A stretch of DNA of 63,744 nt, counting the filler, from Raillietiella orientalis (lineage: Eukaryota), in the NCBI GenBank assembly GCA_036172245.1. It is 3 parts of 3 records of this genome, joined end to end, with 100 filler letters (N's around TTAATTAATTAA, not from the genome) between each part and the next. Parts side by side here need not be neighbours in the genome. Positions count along the whole stretch, not along the records: positions 23,556 to 46,930 come from JAYWIR010000229.1; 2 more parts are not named here. One strand, given 5' to 3'. Position numbers and translations under genes: made by a program. Positions 23,556 through 38,500 of this stretch are shown here, piece by piece (the stretch's first letter is position 1; each line of letters begins with the position of its first letter). A model generated the notes under the pieces. The model was not told where the DNA came from, searched no databases, and saw only the letters and a program-made list of their open reading frames with translations.

Positions 23556-26500
23556 TCGAAATAGGTAGAATCTTCAAAATGCATCAAATGAATTGCTCTA
23601 TCTTTTCTATTTCCAATGTGGTGTTTTCCGTCCAAATCTCTGCACTTGCACCAAATCGACCATGGCCGGTTCCCGATGAATTCGGAAGCAATCCTGAGAC
23701 ATCAAAATGGTTGGAATCAATCTACTATCACTTCCAGCATAGAAATAGAATCTTCAAAATGCATCAAAGAAATTCCTCTATCTTTTCTATTTCCAATGTG
23801 GTATTTTCCGTCCAAATCTCCGCACTTGCATCAAAACGACCATGGCCGGTTCCCGAAGAATTCGGTCGAAATCCTGAGACCTCAAAATGGTTGGAAGCTG
23901 TCTACTTCCACTTCCAGCATAGAAATTGAGTCTTCAAAATGCATCAAAGAAATTCCTCTATCTTTTCTATTTCCAATGTGGTGTTTTCCGTCCATATCTC
24001 CGCACTTGCAACAAAACGGCCATGGCCGGTTCCCGATGAATTCGGAAGCAATCCTGAGACATCAAAATGGTTGGAAGCAATCTACTTTGTCTTCCAGCAT
24101 AGAAATAGAATCTTCAAAATGCATCACAAAAATTCCTCTATGTTTTCTATTTCCAATGTGGTGTTTTCCTTCCAAATCTTCGCACTTGCACCAACACGAC
24201 CATGGCCGGTTCCGGATGAACTCGGTCGCAATCCTGAGACATCAAAATGGTTGGAATCAATCTATTTCCTCTTCATAGAAATAGAATCTTCAAAATGCAT
24301 CAAAGAAATTCCTCTATCTTTTCTATTTCCAATGTGGTGTTTTCCGTCCAAATCTCCGCACTTGCATGTAAACGACCATGGCCGCTTCCCGATGAACTCG
24401 GTCGCACATCAAAATGGTTGGAATCAATCTATTTCCTCTTCCAGCACAGAAATAACAGAATCTTCAAAATGCATCAAAGAAATTCCTCTATCTTTTCTAT
24501 TTCCAATGTGGTGTTTTCCTTCCAAATCTCCGCACTTGCATCAAAACGACCATGGCCGCTTCCCGATGAATTCGGTCGCAATCCTGAGACATCAAAATGG
24601 TTGGAATCAATCTACTTCGTCTTCCAGCACAAAAAAAGAATCATCAAAATGCATCACAAAAATTCCTCTATGTTTTCTATTTCCAATGTGGTGTTTTCCG
24701 TCCAAATCTCCGCACTTGCATGTAAACGACCATGGCCGCTTCCCGATGAACTCGGTCGCAATCCTGAGACATCAAAATGGTTGGAATCAATCTATTTCCT
24801 CTTCCAGCATAGAATCAAAATGCATCAAAAAAATTCCTCTATCTTTTCTATTTCCAATGTGGTGTTTTCCGTCCAAATCTCCGCACTTGCATGTAAACGA
24901 CCATGGCCGCTTCCCGATGAATTCGGTCGCAATCCTGAGACATCAAAATGGTTGGAATCAATCTACTTCGTCTTCCAGCACAAAAAAAGAATCATCAAAA
25001 TGCATCACAAAAATTCCTCTATGTTTTCTATTTCCAATGTGGTGTTTTCCGTCCAAATCTTCGCACTTGCACCAACACGACCATGGCCGTTTCCGGATGA
25101 ATTCGGTCGCAATCCTGAGACATGAAAATGGTTGGAAGCTGTCTACTTCCACTTCCAGCATAGAAATAGAATCTTCAAAATGCATCAAAGAAATTCCTCT
25201 ATCTTTTCTATTTCCAATGTGGTGTTTTCCGTCCAAATCTCCGCACTAGCACCAAAACGACCATGGTCGGTTCCCGATGAATTCGGTCGCAATCCTGAGA
25301 CATCAAAATGGTTGGAATCAATCCACTTCGTCTTCCAGCGCAGAAATAGAAACTTCAAAATGCATCACAAAAATTCCTCTATGTTTTCTATTTCCAATGT
25401 GGTGTTTTCCGTCCAAATCTTCGCACTTGCACCAAAACGACCATGGCCGGTTCCCGATGAATTCGGTCGCAATCCTGAGACATCGAAATGGTTGGAATCA
25501 ATCTACTTCGTCTTCCAGCATAGAAATAGAATCTTCAAAATGCATCAAAGAAATTCCTCTATGTTTTCTATTTCCAATGTGGTGTTTTCCGTCCAAATCT
25601 CCGCACTTGCATGTAAACGACCATAGCCGCTTCCCGATGAATTCGGTCGCAATCCTGAGACATCGAAATGGTTGGAATCAATCTACTTCCACTTCCAGCA
25701 TAGAAATAGAATCTTCAAAATGCATCAAATGAATTCCTCTATCTTTTCTATTTCCAATGTGGTGTTTTCCGTCCAAATCTTCGCACTTGCACCAACACGA
25801 CCATGGCCGGTTCCGGATGAATTCGGTCGCAAGCCTGAAACATGAAAATGGTTGGAAGCTGTCTACTTCCACTTCCAGCATAGAAATAGAATCTTCAAAA
25901 TGCATCAAAGAAATTCCTCTATCTTTTCTATTTCCAATGTGATGTTTTCCGTCCAAATCTCCGCACTTGCACCAAAACGACCATGGCCGGTTCCCGAAGA
26001 ATTCGGTCGAAATCCTGAGACCTCAAAATGGTTGGAAGCTGTCTACTTCCACTTCCAGCATAGAAATAGAATCTTCAAAATGCATCAAAGAAATTCCTCT
26101 ATCTTTTCTATTTCCAATGTGGTGTTTTCCGTCCAAATCTCCGCACTTGCACAAAATCGACCATGGCCGGTTCCCGATGAATTCGGAAGCAATCCTGAGA
26201 CATCAAAATGGTTGGAATCATTCTACTTCCACTTCCAGCATAGAAATAGAATCTTCAAAATGCATCAAAAAAATTCGTCTATCTTTTCTATTTCTAATGT
26301 GGTATTTTCCGTCCAAATCTCCGCACTTGCACCAAAACGCCCATGGCCGGTTCCCGAAGAATTCGGTCGAAATCCTGAGACCTCAAAATGGATGGAAGCT
26401 GTCTACTTCCACTTCCAGCATAGAAATAGAATCTTCAAAATGCATCAAAGAAATTCGTCCATCTTTTCAATTTCCAATGTGGTATTTTCCGTCCAAATCT

Positions 26501-29500
26501 CCGCACTTGCACCAAAACGACCATGGCCGGTTCCTGAAGAATTCGGTCGAAATCCTGAGACCTCAAAATGGTTGGAAGCTGTCTACTTCCACTTCCAGCA
26601 TAGAAATAGAATCTTCAAAATGCATCAAAGAAATTCCTCTATCTTTTCTATTTCCAATGTGGTGTTTTCCGTCCAAATCTCCGCACTTGCACCAAAACGA
26701 CCATGACCTGTTCCCGATGAATTCGGAAGCAATCCTGAGACATCAAAATGGTTGGAAGCAATCTACTTCGTCTTCCAGCATAGAAATAGAATCTTCAAAA
26801 TGCATCACAAAAATTCCTTTATGTTTTCTATTTCCAATGTGGTGTTTTCCTTCCAAATCTTCGCACTTGCACCAACACGACCATGGCCGGTTCCGGATGA
26901 ACTCGGTCGCAATCCTGAGACATCAAAATGGTTGGAATCAATCTATTTCCTCTTCCAGCATAGAAATAGAATCTTCAAAATGCATCAAAGAAATTCCTCT
27001 ATCTTTTCTATTTCCAATGTGGTGTTTTCCGTCCAAATCTCCGCACTTGCATGTAAACGACCATGGCCGCTTCCCGATGAATTCGGTCGCAATCCTGAGA
27101 CATCAAAATGGTTGGAATCAATCTACTTCGTCTTCCAGCACAAAAAAAGAATCATCAAAATGCATCACGAAAATTCCTCTATGTTTTCTATTTCCAATGT
27201 GGTGTTTTCCGTCCAAATCTTCGCACTTGCAACAAAACGACCATGGCCGGTTCCCGATGAATTCGGTCGCAAGCCTGAGACATCGAAATGGTTGGAATCA
27301 ATCTACTTCGTCTTCCAGCATAGAAATAGAATCTTCAAAATGCATCAAAGAAATTCCTCTATGTTTTCTATTTCCAATGTGGTGTTTTCCGTCCAAATCT
27401 CCGCACTTGCATGTAAACGACCATAGCCGCTTCCCGATGAATTCGGTCGCAATAATGAGACATCGAAATGGTTGGAATCAATCTACTTCCACTTCCAGCA
27501 TAGAAATAGAATCTTCAAAATGCATCAAATGAATTCCTCTATCTTTTCTATTTCCAATGTGGTGTTTTCCGTCCAAATCTTCGCACTTGCACCAACACGA
27601 CCATGGCCGGTTCCGGATGAATTCGGTCGCAAGCCTGAAACATGAAAATGGTTGGAAGCTGTCTACTTCCACTTCCAGCATAGAAATAGAATCTTCAAAA
27701 TGCATCAAAGAAATTCCTCTATCTTTTCTATTTCCAATGTGATGTTTTCCGTCCAAATCTCCGCACTTGCACCAAAACGACCATGGCCGGTTCTTGAAGA
27801 ATTCGGTCGAAATCCTGAGACCTCAAAATGGTTGGAAGCTGTCTACTTCCACTTCCAGCATAGAAATAGAATCTTCAAAATGCATCAAAGAAATTCCTCT
27901 ATCTTTTCTATTTCCAATGTGGTGTTTTCCGTCCAAATCTCCGCACTTGCACAAAATCGACCATGGCCGGTTCCCGATGAATTCGGAAGCATTCCTGAGA
28001 CATCAAAATGGTTGGAATCATTCTACTTCTACTTCCAGCACAGAAATAGAATCTTCAAAATGCATCAAAGAAATTCGTCTATCTTTTCTATTTCTAATGT
28101 GGTATTTTCCGTCCAAATCTCCGCACTTGCACCAAAACGACCATGGCCGGTTCCCGAAGAATTCGGTCGAAATCCTGAGACCTCAAAATGGTTGGAAGCT
28201 GTCTACTTCCACTTCCAGCATAGAAATAGAATCTTCAAAATGCATCAAAGAAATTCCTCTATCTTTTCTATTTTTAATGTGGTATTTTCCGTCCAAATCT
28301 CCGCACTTGCACCAAAACGACCATGGCCGGTTCCCGAAGAATTCGGTCGAAATCCTGAGACCTCAAAATGGTTGGAAGCTGTCTACTGCCACTTCCAGCA
28401 TAGAAATAGAATCTTCAAAATGCATCAAAGAAATTCCTTTATCTTTTCTATTTCCAATGTGGTGTTTTCCGTCCAAATCTCCGCACTTGCACCAAAACGA
28501 CCATGGCCGGTTCCCGTTGAAATCGGAAGCAATCCTGAGACATCAAAATGGTTGGAAGCAATCTACTTCGTCTTCCAGCATAGAAATCGAATCTTCAAAA
28601 TGCATCACAAAAATTCCTCTATGTTTTCTATTACCAATGTGGTGTTTTCCTTCCAAATCTTCGCACTTGCACCAAAACGACCATGGCAGGTTCCGGATGA
28701 ATTCGGTCGCATGCCTGATACATGAAAATGGTTGGAAGCTGTCTACTTCCACTTCCAGCATAGAAATAGAATATTCAAAATGCATCAAAGAAATTCCTCT
28801 ATCTTTTCTATTTCCAATGTGGTGTTTTCCGTCCAAATCTCCGCACTTGCACCAAAACGACCATGGCCGGTTCCCGAAGAATTCGGTCGAAATCCTGAGA
28901 CCTCAAAATGGTTGGAAGCTGTCTACTTCCACTTTCAGCATAGAAATAGAATCTTTAAAATGCATCAAAGAAATTCGTCTATCTTTTCAATTTCCAATGT
29001 GGTATTTTCCGTCCAAATCTCCGCACTTGCACCAAAACGACCATGGCCGGTTCCCGAAGAATTCGGTCGAAATCCTGAGACCTCAAAATGGTTGGAAGCT
29101 GTCTACTTCCACTTTCAGCATAGAAATAGAATCTTTAGAATGCATCAAAGAAATTCGTCCATCTTTTCAATTTCCAATGTGGTATTTTCCGTCCAAATCT
29201 CCGCACTTGCACCAAAACGACCATGGCCGGTTCCTGAAGAATTCGGTCGAAATCCTGAGACCTCAAAATGGTTGGAAGCTGTCTACTTCCACTTCCAGCA
29301 TAGAAATAGAATCTTCAAAATGCATCAAAGAAATTCCTCTATCTTTTCTATTTCCAATGTGGTGTTTTCCGTCCAAATCTCCGCACTTGCACCAAAACGA
29401 CCATGGCCTGTTCCCGATGAATTCGGAAGCAATCCTGAGACATCAAAATGGTTGGAAGCAATCTACTTCGTCTTCCAGCATAGAAATAGAATCTTCAAAA

Positions 29501-32500
29501 TGCATCACAAAAATTCCTTTATGTTTTCTATTTCCAATGTGGTGTTTTCCTTCCAAATCTTCGCACTTGCACTAACACGACCATGGCCGGTTCCGGATGA
29601 ACTCGGTCGCAATCCTGAGACATCAAAATGGTTGGAATCAATCTATTTCCTCTTCCAGCATAGAAATAGAATCTTGAAAATGCATTAAAGAAATTCCTCT
29701 ATCTTTTCTATTTCCAATGTGGTGTTTTCCGTCCAAATCTCCGCACTTGCACCAAAACGACCATGGCCGGTTCCCGTTGAAATCGGAAGCAATCCTGAGA
29801 CATCAAAATGGTTGGAAGCAATCTACTTCGTCTTCCAGCATAGAAATCGAATCTTCAAAATGCATCACAAAAATTCCTCTATGTTTTCTATTACCAATGT
29901 GGTGTTTTCCTTCCAAATCTTCGCACTTGCACCAAAACGACCATGGCAGGTTCCGGATGAATTCGGTCGCATGCCTGATACATGAAAATGGTTGGAAGCT
30001 GTCTACTTCCACTTCCAGCATAGAAATAGAATATTCAAAATGCATCAAAAAAATTCCTCTATCTTTTCTATTTCCAATGTGGTATTTTCCGTCCAAATCT
30101 CCGCACTTGCACCAAAACGACCATGGCCGGTTCCCGAAGAATTCGGTCGAAATCCTGAGACCTCAAAATGGTTGGAAGCTGTCTACTTCCACTTTCAGCA
30201 TAGAAATAGAATCTTTAAAATGCATCAAAGAAATTCGTCTATCTTTTCTATTTCCAATGTGGTATTTTCCGTCCAAATCTCCGCACTTGCACCAAAACGA
30301 CCATGGCCGGTTCCCGAAGAATTCGGTCGAAATCCTGAGACCTCAAAATGGTTGGAAGCTGTCTACTTCCACTTTCAGCATAGAAATAGAATCTTTAAAA
30401 TGCATCAAAGAAATTCGTCCATCTTTTCAATTTCCAATGTGGTATTTTCCGTCCAAATCTCCGCACTTGCACCAAAACGACCATGGCCGGTTCCTGAAGA
30501 ATTCGGTCGAAATCCTGAGACCTCAAAATGGTTGGAAGCTGTCTACTTCCACTTCCAGCATAGAAATAGAATCTTTAAAATGCATCAAAGAAATTCCTCT
30601 ATCTTTTCTATTTCCAATGTGGTGTTTTCCGTCCAAATCTCCGCACTTGCACCAAATCGACCATGGCCGGTTCCCGATGAATTCGGAAGCAATCCTGAGA
30701 CATCAAAATGGTTGGAATCAATCTACTTCCACTTCCAGCATAGAAATAGAATCTTCAACATGCATCAAAGAAATTCCTCTATCTTTTCTATTTCCAATGT
30801 GGTATTTTCCGTCCAAATCTCCGCACTTGCACCAAAACGACCATGGCCGGTTCCCGAAGAATTCGGTCGAAATCCTCAGACCTCAAAATGGTTGGAAGCT
30901 GTCTACTTCCTCTTCCAGCATAGAAATAGAATCTTCAAAATGCATCAAAGAAATTCCTCTATCTTTTCTATTTCCAATGTGGTATTTTCCGTCCAAATCT
31001 CCGCACTTGCACCAAAACGACCATGGCCGGTTCCCGAAGAATTCGGTCGAAATCCTGAGACCTCAAAATGGTTGGAAGCTGTCTACTTCCACTTCCAGCA
31101 TAGCAATAGAATCTTCAAAATGCATCAAAGAAATTCCTCTATCTTTTCTATTTCCAATGTGGTATTTTCCGTCCAAATCTCCGCACTTGCACCAAAACGA
31201 CCATGGCCGGTTCCCGAAGAATTCGGTCGCAATCCTGAGACATCAAAATGGTTGGAAACAATCTACTTCGTCTTCCAGCATAGAAATAGAATCTTCAAAA
31301 TGCATCACAAAAATTCCTTTATGTTTTCTATTTCCAATGTGGTGTTTTCCTTCCAAATCTTCGCACTTGCACCAACACGACCATGGCCGGTTCCGGATGA
31401 ACTCGGTCGCAATCCTGAGACATCAAAATGGTTGGAATGAATCTATTTATTCTTCCAGCATAGAAATAGAATCTTCAAAATGCATCAAAGAAATTCCTCT
31501 ATCTTTTCTATTTCCAATGTGGTGTTTTCCGTCCAAATCTCCGCACTTGCATGTAAACGACCATGGCCGCTTCCCGATGAATTCGGTCGCAATCCTGAGA
31601 CATCAAAATGGTTGGAATCAATCTACTTCGTCTTCCAGCATAGAAATAGAATCTTTAAAATGCATCAAAGAAATTCCTCTATCTTTTCTATTTCCAATGC
31701 GGTATTTTCCGTCCAAATCTCCGCACTTGCACCAAAACGACGATGGCCGGTTCCCGATGAATTCGGAAGCAATCCTGAGACATCAAAATGGTTGGAATCA
31801 TTCTACTTCCACTTCCAGCATAGAAATAGAATCTTCAAAATGCATCAAAGAAATTCGTCTATCTTTTCTATTTCTAATGTGGTATTTTCCGTCCAAATCT
31901 CCGCACTTGCACCAAAACGACCATGGCCGGTTCCCGATGAATTCGGAAGCAATCCTGAGACATCAAAATGGTTGGAATCATTCTACTTCCACTCCCAGCA
32001 TAGAAATAGAATCTTCAAAATGCATCAAAGAAATTCGTCTATCTTTTCTATTTCTAATGTGGTATTTTCCGTCCAAATCTCCGCACTTGCACCAAAACGA
32101 CCATGGCCGGTTCCCGAAGAATTCGGTCGAAATCCTGAGACCTCAAAATGGTTGGAAGCTGTCTACTTCCACTTCCAGCATAGAAATAGAATCTTCAAAA
32201 TGCATCAAGGAAATTCCTCTATCTTTTCTATTTCCAATGTGGTGTTTTCCATCCAAATCTCCGCACTTGCACCAAAACGACCATGGCCGGTTCCCGATGA
32301 ATTCGGAAGCAATCCTGAGACATCAAAATGGTTGGAAGCAATCTGCTTCGTCTTCCAGCATAGAAATAGAATCTTCAAAATGCATCACAAAAATTCCTTT
32401 ATGTTTTCTATTTCCAATGTGGTGTTTTCCGTCCAAATCTCCGCACTTGCATGTAAACGACCATAGCCGCTTCCCGATGAATTCGGTCGCAATAATGAGA

Positions 32501-35500
32501 CATCGAAATGGTTGGAATCAATCTACTTCCACTTCCAGCATAGAAGTAGAATCTTCAAAATGCATCAAATGAATTGCTCTATCTTTTCTATTTCCAATGT
32601 GGTGTTTTCCGTCCAAATCTTCGCACTTGCACCAACACGACCATGGCCGGTTCCGGATGAATTCGGTCGCAAGCCTGAAACATGAAAATGGTTGGAAGCT
32701 GTCTACTTCCACTTCCAGCATAGAAATAGAATCTTTAAAATGCATCAAAGAAATTCCTCTATCTTTTCTATTTCTAATGTGGTATTTTCCGTCCAAATCT
32801 CCGCACTTGCACCAAAACGACCATGGCCGGTTCCCGAAGAATTCGGTCGAAATCCTGAGACCTCAAAATGGTTGGAAGCTGTCTACTTCCACTTCCAGCA
32901 TAGAAATAGAATCTTCAAAATGCATCAAAGAAATTCCTCTATCTTTTCTATTTCCAATGTGGTGTTTTCCGTCCAAATCTCCGCACTTGCACCAAAACGA
33001 CCATGGCCGGTTCCCGATGAATTCGGAAGCAATCCTGAGACATCAAAATGGTTGGAAGCAATCTACTTCGTCTTCCAGCATAGAAATAGAATCTTCAAAA
33101 TGCATCACAAAAATTCCTTTATGTTTTCTATTTCCAATGTGGTGTTTTCCGTCCAAATCTCCGCACTTGCATGTAAACGACCATAGCCGCTTCCCGATGA
33201 ATTCGGTCGCAATAATGAGACATCGAAATGGTTGGAATCAATCTACTTCCACTTCCAGCATAGAAATAGAATCTTCAAAATGCATAAAAGAAATTCCTCT
33301 ATCTTTTCTATTTCCAATGTGGTATTTTTTGTCCAAATCTCCGCACTTGCACCAAAACGACCATGGCCGGTTCCCGATGAATTCGGAAGCAATCCTGAGA
33401 CATCAAAATGGTTGGAAGCAATCTACTTCGTCTTCCAGCATAGAAATAGAATCTTCAAAATGCATCACAAAAATTCCTTTATGTTTTCTATTTCCAATGT
33501 GGTGTTTTCCGTCCAAATCTCCGCACTTGCATGTAAACGACCATAGCCGCTTCCCGATGAATTCGGTCGCAATAATGAGACATCGAAATGGTTGGAATCA
33601 ATCTACTTCCACTTCCAGCATAGAAATAGAATCTTTAAAATGCATCGAAGAAATTCCTCTATCTTTTCTATTTCCAATGTGGAATTTTCCGTCCAAATCT
33701 CCGCACTTGCACCAAAACGACCATGGCCGGTTCCCGATGAATTCGGAAGCAATCCTGAGACATCAAAATGGTTGGAATCATTCTACTTCCACTTCCAGCA
33801 TAGAAATAGAATCTTCAAAATGCATCAAAGAAATTCGTCTATCTTTTCTATTTCTAATGTGGTATTTTCCGTCCAAATCTCCGCACTTGCACCAAAACGA
33901 CCATGGCCGGTTCCCGAAGAATTCGGTCGAAATCCTGAGACCTCAAAATGGTTGGAAGCTGTCTACTTCCACTTTCAGCATAGAAATAGAATCTTCAAAA
34001 TGCATCAAAGAAATTCCTCTATCTTTTCTATTTCCAATGTGGTGTTTTCCGTCCAAATCTCCGCACTAGCACCAAAACGACCATGGTCGGTTCCCGATGA
34101 ATTCGGTCGCAATCCTGAGACATCAAAATGGTTGGAATCAATCCACTTCGTCTTCCAGCGCAGAAATAGAAACTTCAAAATGCATCACAAAAATTCCTCT
34201 ATGTTTTCTATTTCCAATGTGGTGTTTTCCGTCCAAATCTTCGCACTTGCACCAAAACGACCATGGCCGGTTCCCGATGAATTCGGTCGCAATCCTGAGA
34301 CATCGAAATGGTTGGAATCAATCTACTCCGTCTACCAGCATAGAAATAGAATCTTCAAAATGCATCAAACAAATTCCTCTATGTTTTCTATTTCCAATGT
34401 GGTGTTTTCCGTCCAAATCTCCGCACTTGCACCAAAACGAACATGGCCGGTTCCCGATGAATTTGGTCGCAATCCTGAGACATCAAAATGGTTGGAATCA
34501 ATCTACTTCCCCTTCCAGCATAGAAATAGAATCTTCAAAATGCATCAAATGAATTCCTCTATCTTTTCTATTTCCAATGTGGTGTTTTCCGTCCAAATCT
34601 TCGCACTTGCACCAACACGACCATGGCCGGTTCCGGATGAATTCGGTCGCAAGCCTGAAACATCAAAATGGTTGGAAGCTGTCTACTTCCACTTCCAGCA
34701 TAGAAATAGAATCTTCAAAATGCATCAAAGAAATTCCTCTATCTTTTCTATTTCCAATGTGGTGTTTTCCGTCCAAATCTCCGCACTTGCACCAAAACGA
34801 CCATGGCCGGTTCCCGAAGAATTCGGTCGAAATCCTGAGACCTCAAAATGGTTGGAACGAACATGGCCGGTTCCCGATGAATTTGGTCGCAATCCTGAGA
34901 CATCAAAATGGTTGGAATCAATCTACTTCGTCTTCCAGCACAAAAAAAGAATCATCAAAATGCATCACAAAAAGTCCTCAATGTATTCTATTTCCAATGT
35001 GGTGTTTTCCGTAAAAATCTTCGCACTTGCACCAACACGACCATGGCCGGTTCCGGATGAATTCGGTCGCAAGCCTGAAACATGAAAATGGTTGGAAGCT
35101 GTCTACTTCCACTTCCAGCATAGAAATAGAATCTTCAAAATGCATCAAAGAAATTCCTCTATCTTTTCTATTTCCAATGTGATGTTTTCCGTCCAAATCT
35201 CCGCACTTGCTCCAAAACGACCATGGCCGGTTCCCGAAGAATTCGGTCGAAATCCTGAGACCTCAAAATGGTTGGAAGCTGTCTACTTCCACTTCCAGCA
35301 TAGAAATAGAATCTTCAAAATGTATCAAAAAAATTCCTCTATCTTTTCTATTTCCAATGTGGTGTTTTCCGTCCAAATCTCCGCACTTGCACCAAATCGA
35401 CCATGGCCGGTTCCCGATGAATTCGGAAGCAATCCTGAGACATCAAAATGGTTGGAATCAATCTACTTTCACTTCCAGCATAGAAATAGAATCTTTAAAA

Positions 35501-38500
35501 TGCATCAAAGAAATTCCTCTAGCTTTTCTATTTCCAATGCGGTATTTTCCGTCCAAATCTCCGCACTTGCACCAAAACGACCATGGCCGGTTCCCGATGA
35601 ATTCGGAAGCAATCCTGAGACATCAAAATGGTTGGAATCAATCTACTTCCACTTCCAGCATAGAAATAGAATCTTTAAAATGCATCAAAGAAATTCCTCT
35701 ATCTTTTCTATTTCCAATGCGGTATTTTCCGTCCAAATCTCCGCACTTGCACCAAAACGACCATGGCCGGTTCCCGAAGAATTCGGTCGAAATCCTGAGA
35801 CCTCAAAATGGTTGGAAGCTGTCTACTTCCACTTCCAGCATAGAAATAGTATCTTCAAAATGCATCAAAGAAATTCCTCTATCTTTTCTATTTCCAATGT
35901 GGTATTTTCCTTCCAAATCTCCGCACTTGCACCAAAACGACCATGGCCGGTTCCCGAAGAATTCGGTCGAAATCCTGAGACCTCAAAATGGTTGGAAGCT
36001 GTCTACTTCCACTTCCAGCATAGAAATAGAATCTTCAAAATGCATCAAAGAAATTCCTCTATCTTTTCTATTTCCAATGTGGTGTTATCCGTCCAAATCT
36101 CCGCACTTGCACCAAAACGACCATGGCCAGTTCCCGATGAATTCGGAAGCAATCCTGAGACATCAAAATGGTTGGAATCAATCTATTTCCTCTTCCAGCA
36201 TAGAAATAGAATCTTCAAAGTGCATCAAACAAATTCCTCTATCTTTTTTATTTCCAATGTGGTGTTTTCCGTCCAAATCTCCGCACTTGCATGTAAACGA
36301 CCATGGCCGCTTCCCGATGAATTCGGTCGCAATCCTGAGACATCGAAATGGTTGGAATCAATCTACTTCGTCTTCCAGCATAGAAATAGAATCTTCAAAA
36401 TGCATCACAGAAATTCCTCTATGTTTTCTATTTCCAATGTGGTGTTTTCCGTCCAAATCTTCGCACTTGCACCAAAACGACCATGGCCGCTTCCCGATGA
36501 ATTCGCTCGCAATCCTGACACCTCAAAATGGTTGGAAGCCATCTACTTCCACTCCCAGCATAGAGATAAAATCATCAAAGTGCATCAAACAAATTCCTCT
36601 ATCTTTTTTATTTCCATTGTGGTGTTTTCCGTCCAAATCTCCGCACTTGCATGTAAACGACCATGGTCGCCTCCCGATGAATTCGGAAGGAATCCTGAGA
36701 CATCAAAATGGTTGGAATCAATCCACTTCGTCTTCCAGCACAGAAATAGAATCTTCAAAATGCATCAAATGAATTCCTCTATCTTTTCTATTTCGAATGT
36801 GGATGTTTTCCGTCCAAAACTTCGCACTTGCACCAAAACGAACATGGCCGGTTCCCGATGAATTTGGTCGCAATCCTGAGACATCAAAATGGTTGGAATC
36901 AATCTACTTCGTCTTCCAGCATAGAAATAGAATCTTCAGAATGCATCACAAAAAGTCCTCTATGTTTTCTATTTCCAATGTGGTGTTTTCCGTCCAAAAC
37001 TTCGCACTTGCACCAAAACGAACATGGCCGGTTCCCGATTATTTCGGTCGCAATCCTTAGACATCAAAATGGTTGGAATCAATCCACTTCGACTTCCAGC
37101 ACAGAAATAGAATCTTCAAAATGCATCACAAAAATTCCTCTATGTTTTCTATTTCCAATGTGGTGTTTTCCGTCCAAAACTTCGCACTTGCACCAAAACG
37201 AACATGGCCGGTTTCCGATGAATTTGGTCGCAATCCTGAGACATCAAAATGGTTGGAATCAATCTACTTCCACTTCCAGCATAGAAATAGAATCTTCAAA
37301 ATGCATCAAAGAAATTCCTCTATCTTTTCTATTTCCAATGTGATGTTTTCCGTCCAAATCTCCGCACTTGCACCAAAACGACCATGGCCTATTCCCGAAG
37401 AATTCGGTCGAAATCCTCAGACCTCAAAATGGTTGGAAGCTGTCTACTTCCACTTCCAGCATAGAAATAGAATCTTCAAAATGCATCAAAGAAATTCCTC
37501 TATCTTTTCTATTTCCAATGTTGTGTTTTCCGTCCAAATCTCCGCACTTGCACCAAATCGACCATGCCGGTTCCCGATGAATTCGGAAGCAATCCTGAGA
37601 CATCAAAATGGTTGGAATCAATCTACTTCCACTTCCAGCATAGAAATAGAATCTTTAAAATGCATCAAAGAAATTCCTCTAGCTTTTCTATTTCCAATGC
37701 GGTATTTTCCGTCCTAATCTCCGCACTTGCACCAAAACGACCATGGCCGAGGTTCCCGATGAATTCGGAAGCAATCCTGAGACATCAAAATGGTTGGAAT
37801 CAATCTACTTCCACTTCCAGCATAGAAATAGAATCTTTAAAATGCATCAAAGAAATTCCTCTATCTTTTCTATTTCCAATGCGGTATTTTCCGTCCAAAT
37901 CTCACTTGCACCTGACGACCATGGCCGGTTCCCGAAGAATTCGGTCGAAATCCTGAGACCTCAAAATGGTTTGAAGCTGTCTACTTCCACTTCCAGCATA
38001 GAAATAGTATCTTCATGTTTCATCAAAATTCCTCTATCTTTTCTATTTCCAATGTGGTATTTTCCATCCAAATCTCACACTTGCCAACACGACCATGGCC
38101 GGTTCCCGAAGAATTCGGTCGAAATCCTGAGACCTCAAAATGGTTGGAAGCTGTCTACTTCCACTTCCAGCATAGAAATGGAATCTTCAAAATGCATCAA
38201 AGAAATTCCTCTATCTTTTCTATTTCCAATGTGGTGTTATCCGTCCAAATCTCCGCACTTGCACCAAAACGACCATGGCCAGTTCCCGATGAATTCGGAA
38301 GCAATCCTGAGACATCAAAATTGTTGGAAGCAATCTACTTCGTCTTCCAGCATAGAAATAGAATCTTCAAAATGCATCACAAAAATTCCTCTATGTTTTC
38401 TATTTCCAATGTGGTTTTTTCCTTCCAAATCTTCGCACTTGCACCAACACGACCATGGCCGGTTCCGGATGAACTCGGTCGCAATCCTGAGACATCAAAA

